Shown here: positions 48,620 to 57,858 of the stretch, piece after piece | Layout: every line of letters starts with the position of its first letter | Numbering within the stretch: position 1 is the stretch's first letter | Assembly: GCA_029565675.1 (NCBI GenBank) | Contig: JAKQNP010000003.1 | Span: 79,197-143,196 of the forward strand | Reading direction: 5' to 3' | Length of the DNA stretch: 64,000 nt | Source of the DNA: a bacterium | GTDB lineage: Bacteria > Zhuqueibacterota > Zhuqueibacteria > Residuimicrobiales > Oceaniaggregativiventaceae | Made by a program: the position numbers and the translations under genes | Notes under the pieces: model-generated | What the model was told of the DNA's origin: nothing | The model's input: the letters and a program-made list of their open reading frames with translations, nothing else | The model's database searches: none

Positions 48620-48680
48620 GCCTGACACTGGCTCCAGCAGACGGTCGCTCCGCTTCCGCCGTTGCGCCATGCCGTTGGTC
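48620..48680 (+). mobile_element. Degenerate integron attC-like site (61 bp)
   Basis: Starts 6 nt after a stop codon: GCCTGAC (cf. RYYYAAC)-ACTGG-CTCCAGCAGACGG-TCGCTCCGCTT-CCGCCGTTGCGCC-ATGCC-GTTGGTC (cf. GTTRRRY). The next ATG follows about 30 nt later. Confidence 0.55.
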
Positions 48681-48710
48681 GAAAAATACCTAATTGAGAG
48701 GAACATACCG

Positions 48711-49412
48711 ATGAAAGGAACTACCCATCATTTTCATTTTTGTCGGCTCGGCATCATAGGTGCAGTGTTCGTGATTTTGGGAACGATTTTCCCTTTCCTA
48801 TTCGCTATATTTCTTCAGCCCAAACAACCTGCCTGGCAGGGTGCAGCGGTTTTCGTTGCACATTATTCTAAAATTCAAAGCCTTCCTTTTTATTTCGGCT
48901 TTTTCCTGCTAGGAGGCAGCCTTATCCTTCTTACTGCAATATTATTATTATCGAAAGCTAAATTTTATCCTTTATTAGGGTTGGTTTTCGGGATGGTCGG
49001 CGCAGCTGTGGTGAGCTTGAATTATATTATTCAAACAACATTTGTTCCAGCTGTAGTTGCGCATTACACAGAACAACACGCTGTGATTCTGGAAACTTTT
49101 TCAATGGTAAATCCCACCTCATTTGCCTGGGCGGCCGAAATGTGGGGATATGGATTCCTCGGACTTGCCACATGGCTTGCCGCCTCATTTTTTGGGAATA
49201 GAGGGATTGAAAAGACGGCAAAAGTCCTTTTCATATCGAATGGGGGTTTAAGTATTGCCGGAGCGCTGGTTACCGCTCTTGAGCTGGGCTGGGTTTTAAC
49301 TGTCCCTGGCTACATCAGTTTTGGTGTTTGGAATGTATTATATACTATATTAGCAGTAACCGCTATGCGAGTTTTCATACTGATCAAGGATGATAGCGCC
49401 GCAGAGTCATGA
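48711..49412 (+). CDS. Multi-TM hypothetical membrane protein
   Basis: About six hydrophobic helices, NYIIQTTFVP and EMWGYGFLG.ATW; GAGAGG SD before ATG 48711. Confidence 0.75.
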   Translation: MKGTTHHFHFCRLGIIGAVFVILGTIFPFLFAIFLQPKQPAWQGAAVFVAHYSKIQSLPFYFGFFLLGGSLILLTAILLLSKAKFYPLLGLVFGMVGAAVVSLNYIIQTTFVPAVVAHYTEQHAVILETFSMVNPTSFAWAAEMWGYGFLGLATWLAASFFGNRGIEKTAKVLFISNGGLSIAGALVTALELGWVLTVPGYISFGVWNVLYTILAVTAMRVFILIKDDSAAES

Positions 49413-49675
49413 ATAAACCTGCCACCCTGCTGCAACTGACTCCGACAGCAGTGTGGTTTGCTGATAATGCTCTGGACCACAACATGTCTTTGTTTCTGAA
49501 TTGCTAATTCGATGCTGTTGGCGCAGGCGCGCATGGGCATTGGACGCACCGACGCCATTGCAAATGCGGAATGGTTTGCCATCAATTTGGCCGAACCAAG
49601 AGCATTGCTCGGCGGGGCAAGGTCCTGGTTCCTGCTCCCCTATGAATTGGCTTGACCTGAAAAGGAGGTGCAACC

Positions 49676-49999
49676 ATGCCATTCAAGGCACTTTTTCTCG
49701 CTCACGCTCCCGATGCGGACAAGGAAAAACACAGGAGCATCATCGATACGGGGAAGTATCGGCTGTTCACGGTTGTGGTGCGTAATCAGACCGAGGCACT
49801 GGAGGTGTGCAGGGAGTTCGTTGATAAAGAGGGCATTGACTCAGTTTTGCTCTGTCCCGGCTTCACGAACGGAGACGTGGCGGGAATCGTGGAAGCAGTC
49901 GGTAACAGCGTCGGGGTTGGAGTGGCGCGGAGCGATGGTCCGAGCAACAAGGTTTCTTTGGCGGCGATGGAACGGGCTGGGTATTTCCGAAAGGAGTAG
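49676..49999 (+). CDS. Small conserved protein (DUF6506-like)
   Basis: AAGGAGGT SD; FL...PDAD...HR..I, EG...V.LCPGF. Family name from recall. Confidence 0.7.
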   Translation: MPFKALFLAHAPDADKEKHRSIIDTGKYRLFTVVVRNQTEALEVCREFVDKEGIDSVLLCPGFTNGDVAGIVEAVGNSVGVGVARSDGPSNKVSLAAMERAGYFRKE

Positions 50000-50194
50000 C
50001 CAATCTCATTCTACAAGTCCGCCGATCAAGGTGGCCTGTCGGAGCAATACTGGATGATGTGACGCACTTTCAAAAGAGCCGTCTTTCGAAAAAGTTGCGA
50101 TATGGCTGCCACGCCGAACATCAAACGCATATTATTGCTGGCAAATGCATACGATTTATGTTTAGGGTGAATTTTTTCAAACAGAGGTGATTAT

Positions 50195-50848
50195 TTGGGA
50201 CCAATTCAAGACTTGGATGCTGGGAGGTTCTCTTCCTGGCTTTATTCTATGAGCGAGTCAATCATCGAAAATAAGGAAGCCTGTGTTCCCTGCGGCGAAT
50301 GCACAGCCTGTTGCAGATCATCTCTTTTTGTACATATAAGGCCAGAAGAGATCAATACTCTTGCAAGCATACCGAAAGAATTGCAATTCCCGGCACCGGG
50401 ATTGCCGAAGGGATACCTTCTACTAGGCTATGACAGCAGCGGCAATTGCCCCATGCTGATGCAAAACAAATGCTCAATCTACGAAAATAGGCCTATCACT
50501 TGTCGTACTTTTGATTGCCGAATTTTCTCTGCAACAGGAATTATGGACGCAGCTGATGACAAGGATTTGATTGGTAAAAAAGTCCAACGATGGCGATTCA
50601 GTTATGAAACAAAAACTGACATCGACATGCACTCAGCTGTTCAGTCAGCGGCCAAGTTTTTATGCGAGCATCAGGAATTGTTCCCCGCAGGATTTGTGCC
50701 GCCTAACAAGCTAAAACTGGCTGTTCTTGCCATAATAGTCTACCCTGTTTTTCTCGGATTCAGTGCTTCGCAACGAATTCCACAGATAATCAATCTGATA
50801 AAAACACACAAAGGGTGGAAAGTGCTCTTTTCGCAACCGTATAAATAA
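50195..50848 (+). CDS. YkgJ-family cysteine cluster (CxxCxxCC) protein
   Basis: PCGECTACC, CPML..N.CSIYENRP.TCR.FDCR; GAGGTG SD before a TTG start. Confidence 0.8.
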   Translation: MGPIQDLDAGRFSSWLYSMSESIIENKEACVPCGECTACCRSSLFVHIRPEEINTLASIPKELQFPAPGLPKGYLLLGYDSSGNCPMLMQNKCSIYENRPITCRTFDCRIFSATGIMDAADDKDLIGKKVQRWRFSYETKTDIDMHSAVQSAAKFLCEHQELFPAGFVPPNKLKLAVLAIIVYPVFLGFSASQRIPQIINLIKTHKGWKVLFSQPYK

Positions 50849-50997
50849 TAAGCGATTGATTGTTTTTTGATACGGTTAACACCGAATCTGGGTTTAGTAT
50901 GAACATGAGATAAATAAAGAAAAAACTTCAACCGAGTTGACCAGCGATCAAATTGTGCAATTGATAATCCAGGAAATCAAAATATTTACAAAATAGC

Positions 50998-51026
50998 TTT
51001 ACTTTTAAACGAAAATACAGTATTAT
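50998..51026 (+). promoter_or_regulatory. Candidate sigma70 promoter of the barrel/large secreted protein operon
   Basis: TTTACT-17 nt-TATTAT in AT-rich DNA. Confidence 0.55.
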
Positions 51027-51082
51027 AAATTAATAACCTCTCGAGTCGTGATAAAACAATACGAGTTTGTGGATATAAGATG

Positions 51083-51132
51083 AGCACAATCGCAACTTGC
51101 GCTTTTCTGCTGGTTGCGATTGTGCTTTTCTT
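51083..51132 (+). promoter_or_regulatory. Terminator-like hairpin inside the predicted leader (possible attenuator)
   Basis: Perfect 14-bp arms AGCACAATCGCAAC / GTTGCGATTGTGCT followed by TTTCTT, between the promoter and the first gene. Confidence 0.5.
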
Positions 51133-51239
51133 AAAAACTATAGGCAGCGATAATTCCCAAGTTATTACCCGTTGCGGACGGGGAAATGGGTCATTGAATG
51201 TCGATCCGCCTCCTCAATGCTAAACTCTGGAGGTCGAAG

Positions 51240-53417
51240 ATGATGCCAAGACTCGTGTTTCTTCTATCGTTGATCCTCGTTTCCACTTTTCAACTCGCGC
51301 AGAGTCAAACACTCCAAACAGTTGATAACATACCAACTTCAACCTCTCCTAATCAAGACGCCGTCCAATCCATACCAGAATCGAAAGTTGAATTGCAGCA
51401 AATCAGCGCTGAAATGAAGACCAGCGTTTTGGCTCTGTTGAAACTGATCAAGGAAATCGAATCCAATCCGCCGATCGATGCGTTGGAAGTAGCCAAGGTC
51501 ATCGTTCCAAAGGCAGCCGTTCGAGAAACTGAAACACTGGAATCGTCGATTATTTTTCAGGCGGATAGAGAAGATGAGCTGACCATCTTAGAAAAACGCG
51601 AAACCGTTATTCAGGTTCACCTGGAAGACGGGCGAACAGGATGGATCAGCGATCGGGATGTGCAAATACTATCCAGAGCAGTTGAAAAAAAGCCGCCTTC
51701 CACCCTGCAAAATCTCTTTTCGTATGCAGCCCGAGCGATGCAGGACATCGAGCAGGACAAGACAAGGGCAGAAAAATTATCTGCGAATCTCCTGCAAAAT
51801 TTTCTCCAGTTATCGAACGAAGAAAAGGAACTAATCAAAATCGATTATCAAGCGGCGGTAATAGCGAGAAGTGCAATAGGTCAATATTACGAAACTGCCA
51901 CTCGGTTTTTTTCGCCCTATGCGAGTTATGCAGAACGCGCAATCCCTCTGTCTATCGCCCAGCCAGATCACTCTTCTCTCAACGGTCAAATCTCGTTGAA
52001 TGTCGGCAAATCCGCTTATGAATCGGCAAAAGAACACTCGGAAAGTTCGAGAAATATACAGGCGAATGTGACTTATCTTCTCAATGAAAGATCACGTCTC
52101 ATCGCCAATCTGGGCCATCGCAAAGAGGTGATGCAGACGCCCTTTTCCACAACTGATCTGACATTGGGGTATTCGCATCGCATGCAAAACGGCCTGCGAA
52201 TCGACAGCCGCTTGGGATATCTCGCGTACGATGACACAAATCTGGATCGAAATGATTTTGGCCAGATCACCGCCGATATGCAAATGGAAGTTGCATTGAA
52301 ACAAGGTCCGCGGTTATTTGGCAATATCACCCACATCAATAAAAATTTCAGCCAAAAAGGCGGCAATGATTTTGCCGCCACGCAATTCAATACGAATGCT
52401 CTTTTTAAAAACAACAAGAGCGAAACGACTTACTCCTTGCGAGGACTTTTACAGCAAAGCGATATCAGCTATCTTCATTTCAATCAGTTCACACCCCGCA
52501 TGCGATACCTCCGCCGTAAAACACCACAGAGCAACTTCGGCATTATTGCTGAACTGGATTATATAGGCTACGCAGAAGAAGCAAAAAACAACTCTTATTT
52601 TAAGGAAAAAATCGATTTACAATGGGCACAATACTCGTCTACTCAACAAAGACAGCAAATCGCCGGTTTGGTGGTTAAACAATTCCCGAATAACAGCCAG
52701 TTCAATTATGCACGTCTTAGCGGCGATCTGTCATGGCGCAGTGGGATAGCTGGAATGGGGACATCCACTTCTGCATCCGCCATACTCAACTTGTTCACCG
52801 ATGCCGATACACCACAAACTCACTTTATCGATCTGCGGGTGGATCGCAACCGCATCATGGAAAAATATTTTATCGACTTGAGTTTATGCAACCGCCTCTG
52901 GAGCGAAATAGATGCCAACAAACAACAAGATCATCAGCTGGACCTGTACAGCCAGGCAGGTCCGGTTTTTACCAATCATCAATTGGGACCCATATCGGTC
53001 AATCGCCTCAAGGTGGGATTCATCATCGGCAGTCATATTCTTTATGGATCTGGTGGTGATTTCTTAAAGAAGAACGGCAACTCGCTGCGATTCGGGATTG
53101 GTTTTGACACTTCCATGCGCTGGAAAAAAACCATTGGCATATTCTCCGGATCATTTGAAAAATCTGTCGTCTATGGCAATGAAATCGCTGTCAATTCTAT
53201 GACTGGACAAATGGATTTCGGCGAGTTGGTGCACCGCTCTCCGACATTTTTCCAATTCCGTTGTGAAACGCGGACGCCGATCAGCAGAGATTGGGATCTC
53301 GCTTTTAATCTCTCTCACTATTCTATCCAACCGGATGTGAACGATAAAACCAGCATCAATCCGCTGGAAAGTCTGAGCAAGTTTAAACTGTTCTTGGGGC
53401 TGGTTTATCGGTTTTAG
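51240..53417 (+). CDS. Putative outer-membrane beta-barrel with N-terminal SH3b-like and helical domains
   Basis: Signal peptide, SH3b-like LTILEK....QVHLEDGRTGWIS, coiled helices, a long amphipathic beta-strand region and a BAM-type terminus FLGLVYRF; GGAGG SD before ATG 51240. Confidence 0.7.
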   Translation: MMPRLVFLLSLILVSTFQLAQSQTLQTVDNIPTSTSPNQDAVQSIPESKVELQQISAEMKTSVLALLKLIKEIESNPPIDALEVAKVIVPKAAVRETETLESSIIFQADREDELTILEKRETVIQVHLEDGRTGWISDRDVQILSRAVEKKPPSTLQNLFSYAARAMQDIEQDKTRAEKLSANLLQNFLQLSNEEKELIKIDYQAAVIARSAIGQYYETATRFFSPYASYAERAIPLSIAQPDHSSLNGQISLNVGKSAYESAKEHSESSRNIQANVTYLLNERSRLIANLGHRKEVMQTPFSTTDLTLGYSHRMQNGLRIDSRLGYLAYDDTNLDRNDFGQITADMQMEVALKQGPRLFGNITHINKNFSQKGGNDFAATQFNTNALFKNNKSETTYSLRGLLQQSDISYLHFNQFTPRMRYLRRKTPQSNFGIIAELDYIGYAEEAKNNSYFKEKIDLQWAQYSSTQQRQQIAGLVVKQFPNNSQFNYARLSGDLSWRSGIAGMGTSTSASAILNLFTDADTPQTHFIDLRVDRNRIMEKYFIDLSLCNRLWSEIDANKQQDHQLDLYSQAGPVFTNHQLGPISVNRLKVGFIIGSHILYGSGGDFLKKNGNSLRFGIGFDTSMRWKKTIGIFSGSFEKSVVYGNEIAVNSMTGQMDFGELVHRSPTFFQFRCETRTPISRDWDLAFNLSHYSIQPDVNDKTSINPLESLSKFKLFLGLVYRF

Positions 53418-53443
53418 GCTATTTTTTCGAGGGCGGAGGTTTT

Positions 53444-56400
53444 ATGCAAAAATCCGGTCGAATACCGCAAACCCTGTTGTTTTCACTGTTGTGCCTCATG
53501 CTTTATGCGATTCAGGGGTACCCGCAGGGAGTTCTTTTTTTCGGCAAATCCTTTGATGTGCGGTCCAGCATGGCCATCAGCCAGGCGAATCTGCCGGCAC
53601 AAATCGGTATCAGTGCGCAAAACATTACCAATCCAACGCCCTTGTATTGGCAGGAACCGCGCGCCGGCAATCTCTATGCAGCGCCAAACAATCCCCAGGG
53701 GCTTGCACCCTATACCTTGCTTCTGGGACAGGTTCTCGACAGTTACAATCCTGCCACTGCCGTGATCTTTGAAGCGCCGCCGCACCCCTATCTGATCCAA
53801 TCGATCAGCGCCGGTGGCACCACGGTCATCGCTGGCTATCACGAAAAAGGCAAGCCGCAAAATGCGGAAAATTTCACGGTTGCCTATGGAGGGCCGCGAA
53901 TCGCCATCGCTTTGGCCGGCGGCAATCCTGACATTGTTTTGGGAATACCAAACGCTGTTGTGATCTCTATTCCACCCGGCTTGGCGGCGGCCTGGTTGCG
54001 AGTGGATTTCGGCTCGCAAGTCATTCTGGCGGGTTTTGGAACCAACCAGATATTCACGATCCCGGTGACCACTGCAGTAATGACCCTCAACGTGACTTTT
54101 CCGATGAATTATTCCGGTGAATCGATTGCCCTTGAAGCCGTTGCCACTCAGGGAATCTTTACCGACCGCAGTCCGAGTTCACTGACTGGACCGGGAATAA
54201 ACAGCACGAGCAGTTGTGCTTCAGGTGTCGCTTCCTTTGGAGTCCAGAGAATACCCGCCTCCCTTAATGTCTCGGTGACGGCAGATCGAACAGTGGTCAG
54301 AAGCGGCGGAAGGGTACGCTTTACCTATACCGTGACCAATGGATCAGCCATACCGCTGCAAAATGTGGAACTCGTCGTCACATCCTTTCCAAAGATTGCC
54401 ATCGGTGCATTGCCTGCCGGGGGCAGCAGCAGCGCCAGCCAGGAAAAAGAGGATGTTTCGACCGATATAACCGAGCGGGCCCTAGCCAGTGCCACAGATG
54501 CCTTTAACAATCCGGTGCTTTCCTCACAGGCCGAGTTTACAGTGCGCGTCATCAGTCCGGCATTGCGATGTCATTTTTGGGCAAACGATTTGGAGATCAA
54601 GGCAGGAAAAGACCTGGTGTTGAATGCCACTGCCGACAATGATGGGGATGTGAAGCTGTTAGGAGTGACAATCAATATCACCCCATCCGGTCCGCGCGGG
54701 CTCGGCGACCTGGAGGTCGGACAATCGGGTTCCTCGCAAGTCACCACTCGGATATCAGCCACCACGACTTTTACGGCGGTGGCGACTGCGGTCGATGAAG
54801 TGCTCGGATCAGCTGTAAGTTCGGATCCGATCGAAGTGATGGTTAATTTTGTTCAACCTGCGATCCAGGTCGAGCTGAGTGCAGACAAGAGCAATGTCAA
54901 AGCCGGTAAGGAAGTGTTCTATTCCGGCCTGGTGCGGAATATCGGAACCACTGATCTGAGGTCGATCATCATCGTTGATGATCAGGGCTACCAGATCGCT
55001 TCCATCGCTTCGCTGGCACCGGGGACGATGCAAGGTTTTCGATTTTCCCGCAAAATTCAGCAAAACACAACAACCACGGTTGTGGCCACTGCACTTGATC
55101 CTTGGAATGATCCCATTAACGGGACCGCAAGTGTCAACATCACTGTTGTATCGCCTAAAATCAGTCTCAGCATGAATGTCGATAAAACCGAAGCCGGCAA
55201 TAACGAAGATATCACCATGACGATAGCAGTTACAAACATTGGCAACTGCGATATCGACGACATCAGCATTGCCACTTTTGGAGCTGGCATCGGAAACATC
55301 AATTGTGGTCGTCTTGCCGTTGGAGCGAGCAACACCCAATCAAAGACCTTCCGGATCAGCCAGTCCATAACCGTTTCTGCCCAGGCCAGCGGTATTGATC
55401 CAGAAAATGAAATTTGTCTCTCAAATTCGGTGGATCAGGCCCTGGTCTATCAAAAAAGCATCGGCGAATTGTTAGTCTTTCCGGAATTTGATGCGCTCGA
55501 AAAGGAAATCAATGCCCTCGCGCAAAAATTCGATTATCATGTGAGCAACTTTTTGCTTTTGTTTGATATTCACGACCAGCAAAAAACCGATCCCTCCAGC
55601 GATGGTACCCTTTTACAGGAATTGGCCGCTGCAAAAGCAGCTTTGACAGCTGCACAAGGCAAGTTGAGCGAACTGGCGGCTCTCCTGAAAGCGCAAGAAA
55701 ATTTGCTGAGCACCATCGCCACCCAAGCGCATGCAGGAATCAATCCTAAAGATTTGCCAAGTTACCTTGCAAGATTGGTTGCCTGCAACTCCAGGGTCCG
55801 AGAGATGGGGGAAAAAGTCGCTGCAATGGAAGGATTGCTTAAAGAGAAACGCTTGACCGATTTTACTATTTCCGGACAAGTCCTTTTCGAGGGCAAACCG
55901 GTCGGACCGGGGCAGGTCATTTGTGGACCCATCACCGCACCGGTTGATGCCGGCGGCGCTTTTACCATTGCCAATTTGCAGGGCGAGAAAGGCCAGAGCT
56001 TCACTCTGACCGCCTTCAAAGATCAATTGACCGGTGGGACGGCAGTCACTTTTGACGGCAAAGATATCGGCGGTGTTGTCATCACCGTAGCAGAACCGCA
56101 ACAAAGCGCCGCCGCACCGGGGACTTTGGACGACGCCATTGCGTCCCTGCAGGGAGACGAAGAGGAGCTTTGTACTCCTGAAGCCATTGCCTCGATCAAG
56201 GCAGGACTGGATTTTGCCATTGCGGCATCTCCTGCCATCTACAGCAAATTCAACAGTTACTACGAAAAACTACAAAAAGAGATCCGTGATCAGAGTGCCA
56301 ATCCCTGCAACAATGCGATAATCGCATACTGCCTGGCTAACGGGCAAAATCAAGCTTCTGAGCATGCCCTTCTCGCGGGGAAAATGCATTCAGCCGCCAA

Positions 56401-56992
56401 CGAGATTATCGTTCGAGCCTCCCTCTGCCCCGAAGTGGGCAGTCTGCAGGATGCGCTCGATATCGTGGCTGAGATTGACGGACGCGATGCTGAGATACAG
56501 GGGAAAGTGCAACTCATGAGCGCTGCTCTCCAACCCTATGGGTGCGATCAGGATAAAATGGAGCAAGATGGACAAAGAATCGCCGATAGCGGAAATGATC
56601 CCGAATTCATTCAAGACGGCGGCCTCGGACGGGAAATCCCAGGCGATGGTGTGGACAACAATGCAGATGGATTGCAGGATGAATTGATCCCAGGCGATGT
56701 GACCGGGAATGTCGTTATCTTTATCTATGATTCCGGAAGTCTGAAAGATGACGTTTTTAGCCTCTCGGTTTCGGGGCAAGGCGATCTGGGAACGACCCCT
56801 GCCGGCGGCGGACGCACTTATGGTCTCTCTCTTGCAGCCGGAGGGTATGTTGCTACAGTGACCGTCATCAGCGCTCCGGATAACGTCGGCACTTTTACCA
56901 TCCTCATCAAACAAGGCGATGAAACCCTGGCCAGTTTATCCGGCGCCCCGCCAGAGGGCGGTCAAAGCAGTATTTCGTTTACGGTCAAATAA
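53444..56992 (+). CDS. Large secreted multi-domain protein with four DUF11/DUF7507-like Ig repeats (adhesin-like)
   Basis: Signal peptide; four repeats of the type ADK..V..G..V..T..V.N.G...L; coiled coil; prealbumin-like FTISGQV; Cys-containing helical region; GDGVDNNADGLQDE; beta-rich C-terminal domain. GGAGG SD. Confidence 0.75.
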   Translation: MQKSGRIPQTLLFSLLCLMLYAIQGYPQGVLFFGKSFDVRSSMAISQANLPAQIGISAQNITNPTPLYWQEPRAGNLYAAPNNPQGLAPYTLLLGQVLDSYNPATAVIFEAPPHPYLIQSISAGGTTVIAGYHEKGKPQNAENFTVAYGGPRIAIALAGGNPDIVLGIPNAVVISIPPGLAAAWLRVDFGSQVILAGFGTNQIFTIPVTTAVMTLNVTFPMNYSGESIALEAVATQGIFTDRSPSSLTGPGINSTSSCASGVASFGVQRIPASLNVSVTADRTVVRSGGRVRFTYTVTNGSAIPLQNVELVVTSFPKIAIGALPAGGSSSASQEKEDVSTDITERALASATDAFNNPVLSSQAEFTVRVISPALRCHFWANDLEIKAGKDLVLNATADNDGDVKLLGVTINITPSGPRGLGDLEVGQSGSSQVTTRISATTTFTAVATAVDEVLGSAVSSDPIEVMVNFVQPAIQVELSADKSNVKAGKEVFYSGLVRNIGTTDLRSIIIVDDQGYQIASIASLAPGTMQGFRFSRKIQQNTTTTVVATALDPWNDPINGTASVNITVVSPKISLSMNVDKTEAGNNEDITMTIAVTNIGNCDIDDISIATFGAGIGNINCGRLAVGASNTQSKTFRISQSITVSAQASGIDPENEICLSNSVDQALVYQKSIGELLVFPEFDALEKEINALAQKFDYHVSNFLLLFDIHDQQKTDPSSDGTLLQELAAAKAALTAAQGKLSELAALLKAQENLLSTIATQAHAGINPKDLPSYLARLVACNSRVREMGEKVAAMEGLLKEKRLTDFTISGQVLFEGKPVGPGQVICGPITAPVDAGGAFTIANLQGEKGQSFTLTAFKDQLTGGTAVTFDGKDIGGVVITVAEPQQSAAAPGTLDDAIASLQGDEEELCTPEAIASIKAGLDFAIAASPAIYSKFNSYYEKLQKEIRDQSANPCNNAIIAYCLANGQNQASEHALLAGKMHSAANEIIVRASLCPEVGSLQDALDIVAEIDGRDAEIQGKVQLMSAALQPYGCDQDKMEQDGQRIADSGNDPEFIQDGGLGREIPGDGVDNNADGLQDELIPGDVTGNVVIFIYDSGSLKDDVFSLSVSGQGDLGTTPAGGGRTYGLSLAAGGYVATVTVISAPDNVGTFTILIKQGDETLASLSGAPPEGGQSSISFTVK

Positions 56993-57308
56993 AAGGGCAA
57001 TTCGAGGCGGTGATAGGGAGTCTTGTGACCGTTCAGTTCAGTGCGGATATTCCATCCTTTACCTCGATTATCCAGGAAAATCATTCGGGCGCGCACACCT
57101 AAATGGTGAAAGGCATTCGCAGGCCTTACAGGAACAGCTCTTATTGATGAAATTATTTGCCGGATCGCGAGGATCATGAAGCTAAACATGCAATCTGATG
57201 AATAGTCAAATGGAATGATTGCCTGTGCCGCTGAAGTACATTTGAGATGAGAACGATCAAACGGCAGTTGCACTGGCCCGAAGAGCAAGTTTTACAAGGC
57301 AGGCCTCA

Positions 57309-57794
57309 ATGATGCAGACAATCGCAAACGAAAAGGCGCCGGCTTACGCCATGCGGGAGGCATTTATAAATGCACCGATTTAATCGGTCTGGAGCATTTT
57401 AGCCGATTTCGAAGAATGGCCCGCATGGAATGAGAGCGTTAAGAAAATGCACCTTCAGGGCCAAGTCGCGGAAGGTACAGAGTTTCGCTGGATCGCCGGC
57501 AGCATGAAAATCCGATCGCGCATCGAACAAGTCGATCCCCCGTACCGGATCGGTTGGTCCGGAAGAACGCTGGGCATACGAGCACAGCACACGTGGACGT
57601 TTGCTGCGGTGGAAAAGGGCACCAAGGTGCGAACCGAGGAGTCGTTCGAAGGATTTGTTGTTTGGCTGTTTGCCAGGCAAATGCGAAAGGCTTTTGGATT
57701 AGCAAGCGCTGGTGCCACCCGGGGAAGCACTCCACTCCACATAACTCATTGGTTTCTGCCCATCTTGCCTACTTCATCCTGTCCCCGGGGATAA
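57309..57794 (+). pseudogene. SRPBCC/polyketide cyclase-family gene with a nonsense codon
   Basis: MMQTIANEKAPAYAMREAFINAPI*SVWSILADFEEWPAWN..GTEFRW..IGWSG..HTWTF..TKVRTEESF, with in-frame TAA at 57381-57383. The C-terminal helix also looks replaced. Confidence 0.75.
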
Positions 57795-57858
57795 CTCGCT
57801 TTTGCATTTACAGCTTCACTCCGATCGCTTCTACCCGCCAAACTGTGGAGGCTAGAAA

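Noticed and set aside
50113-50168. Imperfect inverted repeat before the YkgJ gene as another attC
   Set aside because: Pairing is weak, the DNA is AT-rich and the right core does not match GTTRRRY.
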